The position numbers and the translations under genes were made by a program. This document shows, one piece after another, positions 60,483 through 64,000 of a stretch of DNA of 64,000 bases. Origin of the DNA: an uncultured Candidatus Rokubacteria bacterium (GTDB lineage Bacteria > Methylomirabilota > Methylomirabilia > Rokubacteriales > DASRDR01); contig CAVPSB010000016.1 of the NCBI GenBank assembly GCA_963708025.1, forward strand, positions 403,296-467,295, in the 5' to 3' direction. Numbering within the stretch: the first letter of the stretch is position 1; each line of letters opens with the position of its first letter. The notes beneath the pieces were generated by a model, which saw only the letters and a list, made by a program, of their open reading frames with translations, did no database searches and was not told the origin of the DNA.

Positions 60483-60921
60483 GGCACCCTCCTCGGCTGC
60501 GCGGCCTGTGACGTCGGGGTCTGACGGATCGATGCTCAGCTGCACCGCCCCCACCGCGTCGATGAGAGGCAGTCCCCTTCCTCGCGCGATCGTACGGCGT
60601 ATCAGGTCATACGGCGTCTCCGACGTTTCCCACCGGCCGGCTCGCGCGCCGGGCTGGCGCTCCCCCACCGGTGGCACCACGATACTGTATCGGTCGAGGC
60701 TCGGCAACGCGTGGGCGGAGTCAGCCCGGGGGCCGCGCACGGTGAAGACGACGGCCACGATGATCTCGGGTGTACTCGCCGCCGGCGCGGTGCGCGCCGG
60801 CGCCGACGCGTGAGCCGTCAGTAGCGCGAGACGCCTCCGCACGACAGCAGGAAGAACGCCGCCTCCGCCACCGCCACACCGCCCAGGGGGGTTCGGCGCC
60901 CCCCCCCCTGCGGACGGCTCC

Positions 60922-61112
60922 GCTCAGCGGGATCGGCCGGCGACGCGAGCCTTACGGTTCTTCTGCTTCTTCTTGAGGGCGGCGCGCATCCGGGCGGTCT
61001 TCCGGCGATTCTTCTCGGCCATGGCGGTCTCCTGTCGGGCTCGGAGTTTCGAGGCCGGGCGCGAGTCGCGCCCGCGGGTCGCCCCGAGGATATCAGGTCC
61101 CGCGCCCCGCGT
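60922..61112 (-). repeat. 191-bp direct repeat, copy 1 (promoter + leader + small ORF)
   Basis: Aligns ungapped to 63640-63830 with 6 substitutions by manual count. Confidence 0.95.
60924..61022 (-). CDS. 32-aa basic peptide MAEKNRRKTARMRAALKKKQKNRKARVAGRSR, copy 1
   Basis: SD AGGAG; extended -10 TGATATCCT; the only in-CDS differences from copy 2 are synonymous. Confidence 0.8.
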   Translation of the reverse strand: MAEKNRRKTARMRAALKKKQKNRKARVAGRSR

Positions 61113-61163
61113 TGGCAGATCCGGTTCCCCGCCCGGCGGGAGGGATCGCGCGTCCGACCCTGG

Positions 61164-61769
61164 TCACCGGACCTTCCGGCCCTCGACTCGCGTCGCGGTG
61201 GTGGGATCGTTGCGGTCGTCTCGCCACGTCGGATGGTTGAAGTGGATCACCCGATCGCCGTTGTAGGACGCCACGGCATTGTCGAACGTCAGCGCGCCGA
61301 TCGGGCGCCAGTTCGTGAATGTGCGCCGCTGGCGCAGTGCCGGTCCCGTCGTCCGGCCTTCGTCGGTGACCTCGATGTTGAACGTGAGCGTGCGCCTGGG
61401 CACGGGATCGCCCCGGTCGAAGATCTGGGCCATGACCTCGTCGCGGAAGTCGAGTTCCTCACCCGCGATCCTGGCCTGATCGGGCGCCACGAGCAACCGC
61501 ATGAACTCGGGCGCCCGCGTCGGCTGCCCCGCGGGCTTACCGAGCTCCGCGATTTGATACAGCTGACGGATCGACGGCTGCTTGTCGACGCGACCGAACA
61601 CCAGGCCGGTCATCAGCAGGATCGGCATGCCGCCGCCCCGGCGTGAGGCGGTCGTGTCGGGAGCATTGAGCAACTCGGCGTCGTTGATGAAGTCGGTGCG
61701 GGCGCCGCCGATGTCCTGCTGCGTGATGAAGTTCGACGTTCGAAGGGGAGTGGCGTGGTTCGGGTCCAT
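61164..61769 (-). pseudogene. Probable C-terminal half of an uncharacterised protein (possibly catalase-like fold)
   Basis: Protein-like DPNHATPLRTSNFITQ...DFRDE...IHFNHPTW; no credible 5' end and it abuts an opposite-strand fragment. Confidence 0.45.
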
Positions 61770-61962
61770 GTATGAAGCGAACAGGACGCGGATCCCGAAT
61801 CCCGACGGCGTCGTGATCACCGAGCCGATGCTCCGCGCCGTCGCCCCGCCGGACTTTCCCCAGCTTCCCGCGGGGTACCGCTATGTTCCGGACACGATGT
61901 GGAGGCGCGCCCGATTCGAGAAGTGAGCGCGTCATCTGACCGGTGCCGACAGGCCCGGAGGA

Positions 61963-62724
61963 TCACATCGGGGGGCGCGGCCGAAAGAGCGAGGACTGGA
62001 TCAGGCCGCTGCGATGCCCGACATACTGGGCCAGCACGCGCAGGATGCCGAGTCCGTAGACGACGCTCCGGCGGAAGTTGATCGAGGACGCCTCCGGCAG
62101 GTAGCGGGCCGGGACGGGGACGTCTCCGATGCGAAAGCCGAACCACGCTGCCTGGGCGAGGAGCTCGGAGTCGAACACGAAGTCGTCCGAGTTGGCCTCG
62201 AATGGGATCGTCTCGAGGACCCGGCGCGTGTAGACGCGGAAGCCGGAGTGGAAGTCCCCCAGATTCTGACCCAGCACCAGGTTCTCCAGCATGGTGAGGG
62301 TGCGATTGGCGAGATACTTCCAGGCGGGCATCCCGCCCCCCAACGCCTCCCCTCGACTCCGGATGCGGGAGCCGAGCACGACGTCGCAGATCCCGAAGTT
62401 GACGAAGCCCGTCAGGAGCGGGAGGAGCCGCGCGTCGTACTGATAGTCGGGGTGGATCATGGCCACGATGTCGGCTCCGCGCTCCAGCGCGGCTCGGTAG
62501 CACGTCTTCTGGTTGGCACCGTACCCCCGGTTCTCGGGGTGCTGGAGCACCGTCAGGCCGAGCCGGCGGGCGATGTCCACGGTCCGGTCACGGCTACCGT
62601 CGTCCACCAGGATGACCTCGTGCACCGCGTCCCGCGGGAGGTCGAGCCAGGTCCGCTCGAGCGTGGCTTCGGCGTTGTAGGCCGGCATGACGACGACCAG
62701 ACGGCGCCCCACGGGTGCCCCCAT
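61963..62724 (-). CDS. GT2 glycosyltransferase (DPM1-like)
   Basis: [38 protein letters not shown]. Confidence 0.92.
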   Translation of the reverse strand: MGAPVGRRLVVVMPAYNAEATLERTWLDLPRDAVHEVILVDDGSRDRTVDIARRLGLTVLQHPENRGYGANQKTCYRAALERGADIVAMIHPDYQYDARLLPLLTGFVNFGICDVVLGSRIRSRGEALGGGMPAWKYLANRTLTMLENLVLGQNLGDFHSGFRVYTRRVLETIPFEANSDDFVFDSELLAQAAWFGFRIGDVPVPARYLPEASSINFRRSVVYGLGILRVLAQYVGHRSGLIQSSLFRPRPPM

Positions 62725-62752
62725 GCCGCCGCGGTCCGCCTTCCGTGGTCGC

Positions 62753-63601
62753 CTACCGGCCCCGGAGGCGCGAGAGGAGTCCGAGGAGCCGGCTCGCGAA
62801 CCGGTCGTCCAGGCCGAGGACGCGCTTGGCCCGGTCGTAGCCCCGGAGGGCCATCTTGTCGAGGTAGATGGCGACACGCCCCAGACCGTCGCCGGGGCGG
62901 GCGCGGTACTCCGTGGAGCGGACGAGGAAGGGCCTGGTCTCGGCCGTGAAGTAGTACAGCGCGAGAGACTTCCGGGTAACGTGCGCGGGACAGGCCATGG
63001 GCTCCGGGTGCCCATGGAACGCGTCGCCGTCGGTGTTGAAGATGACGGCCCGGTTGAAGATCGGCAGGATCCTGCGGACGCAGCGCTTCATGTCACGACT
63101 CCACAGCTCCAGATGCCCGCCGTACTCGTCCTGCCAGCCCTCGTTCATGTAGATGAGCAGGTTGACCCGGCGCCGCCACGTCGGCTGGTGCGGGTGGCCC
63201 GTGAAGTCGGCGTGGATGTTGAGGTGGCCCCCACGGGCCGACTGGTGGAGCCCACCCCCCTCGAGGCTCGGGTCAGCGAGGAGCCCGGCGATGCCGGTGA
63301 GCCGCTCGAGCCGGGCGATGAAGTGGGACGAGTTCAACTCGTCCACGACCTGGCCGATCGTCGTCGGGAAGCTCCGCCGGTCGCGCCATCCGTACTTGCG
63401 CTCGTTGACGTGCGTGTAGTTGATCCATGCCGACGGATCGATCGGCGGGAATTCCCGCATCACCTGCCGGGCGACGGCCGGGTCGAGGAAGTCGTCGAGG
63501 ACGGCGTGAGGATAGGGCTCCGCGTGCGGGTACTCGCGAGCCACGGCCTCGAGCCGCGCGCGGTCGGCCAGCGCTCCGGAGGACGCTAGATCGGTCAGCA
63601 T
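62753..63601 (-). CDS. 2-oxoglutarate/Fe(II) oxygenase
   Basis: PYPH.VLDDFL, GGGLH, HAD (HxD), NLLIY.N, GG.LELW, P.FNR, FHG, RKSLA.YY. Confidence 0.92.
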   Translation of the reverse strand: MLTDLASSGALADRARLEAVAREYPHAEPYPHAVLDDFLDPAVARQVMREFPPIDPSAWINYTHVNERKYGWRDRRSFPTTIGQVVDELNSSHFIARLERLTGIAGLLADPSLEGGGLHQSARGGHLNIHADFTGHPHQPTWRRRVNLLIYMNEGWQDEYGGHLELWSRDMKRCVRRILPIFNRAVIFNTDGDAFHGHPEPMACPAHVTRKSLALYYFTAETRPFLVRSTEYRARPGDGLGRVAIYLDKMALRGYDRAKRVLGLDDRFASRLLGLLSRLRGR

Positions 63602-63639
63602 GAGCGGGGCTGCCTGCCCAACGTCAATACCGCGGCTCT

Positions 63640-63830
63640 GCTCAGCGGGATCGGCCGGCGACGCGAGCCTTGCGATTCTTCTGCTTCTTCTTGAGGGCGG
63701 CGCGCATCCGGGCGGTCTTCCGGCGATTCTTCTCGGCCATGACGGTCTCCTGTGGGGCTCGGAGTTTCGAGGCCGGGCGCGAGTCGCGCCCGCGTGTCGC
63801 CCCGAGGATATCAGGTCCCGCGTCCCGCGT
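63640..63830 (-). repeat. 191-bp direct repeat, copy 2
   Basis: Offset 2718 bp from 60922-61112. Confidence 0.95.
63642..63740 (-). CDS. 32-aa basic peptide, copy 2 (identical protein)
   Basis: AAT CGC here versus AAC CGT in copy 1 (both Asn-Arg). Confidence 0.8.
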   Translation of the reverse strand: MAEKNRRKTARMRAALKKKQKNRKARVAGRSR

Positions 63831-63874
63831 CGCCTCTTGCCCGCCCGGCGGTCGACGTCATGACCAGTCGCCCC

Positions 63875-64000
63875 GCCGGCCGAGGTGCCGGTCGAGGACC
63901 CGACACGTTACGAGCTGTTCCTGAGCAAATCGGCGGCGAAGGCGCTTGGGCGCACCTTCCCCGCGTCGGTGCGGGCCCGCGCCGACGAGGTGCTCCCGAG
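63875..64000 (+). pseudogene. C-terminal fragment of an ABC substrate-binding protein (ABC_sub_bind-like)
   Basis: PAEVPVEDPTRYELFLSKSAAKALGRTFPASVRARADEV matches the P..LPVEQPT.FEL.IN...AKALG..IP....RAD.V tail; no 5' part. Confidence 0.65.

Noticed and set aside
60490-60842. 120-aa N-terminal extension of the LLM protein
   Set aside because: SD GAGGAGG precedes ATG 60482; the extension is unassignable and probably non-coding or another remnant.
61963-63740. RiPP-like cluster (basic peptide as precursor for the 2OG oxygenase and GT2)
   Set aside because: No leader/core structure, protease or exporter; the same peptide occurs in copy 1 without these enzymes downstream, and GT2/2OG pairs commonly act on envelope glycans or lipids.

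Overview
A very GC-rich bacterial window with several visibly lower-GC inserts. The gene content (many Liv/Dpp/Opp ABC systems with Tat signals, a BTAD/SARP-AAA-TPR regulator, Uma2, LLM and acyl-CoA dehydrogenases, G/C-run palindromic elements) suggests Candidatus Rokubacteria/Methylomirabilota; this is an inference only. The backbone is transport and catabolism: Opp/Dpp, two Liv sets, an NMT1/THI5-type ABC flanked by two MTAP-like phosphorylases, hydantoinase A/B, ACADs and a CoA-transferase III. Many genes carry single-base frameshifts that look like long-read assembly errors. Main candidates for new biology: (1) a signalling module at 36.3-42.5 kb with sigma54-like promoters (DUF6982-like gene, orphan PilB/GspE ATPase, two receivers, a coiled-coil protein and a pseudokinase-MshEN-coiled-coil fusion), plus a remote ATPase-less MshEN paralog at 18.6 kb. 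(2) An uncalled 32-aa Lys/Arg-rich peptide gene present twice inside a 191-bp direct repeat. (3) An intergenic palindromic element family that appears to supply a Shine-Dalgarno site plus CTG start codon to downstream genes. (4) A perfect 35-bp inverted repeat flanking a DUF1345 gene beside a low-GC PD-(D/E)XK nuclease-like gene. (5) A decayed nucleotidyltransferase plus partner pair resembling a TA/Abi module. No rRNA, tRNA, CRISPR array or intact transposase/integrase was seen. All family assignments come from motif recognition by eye, not from database searches.
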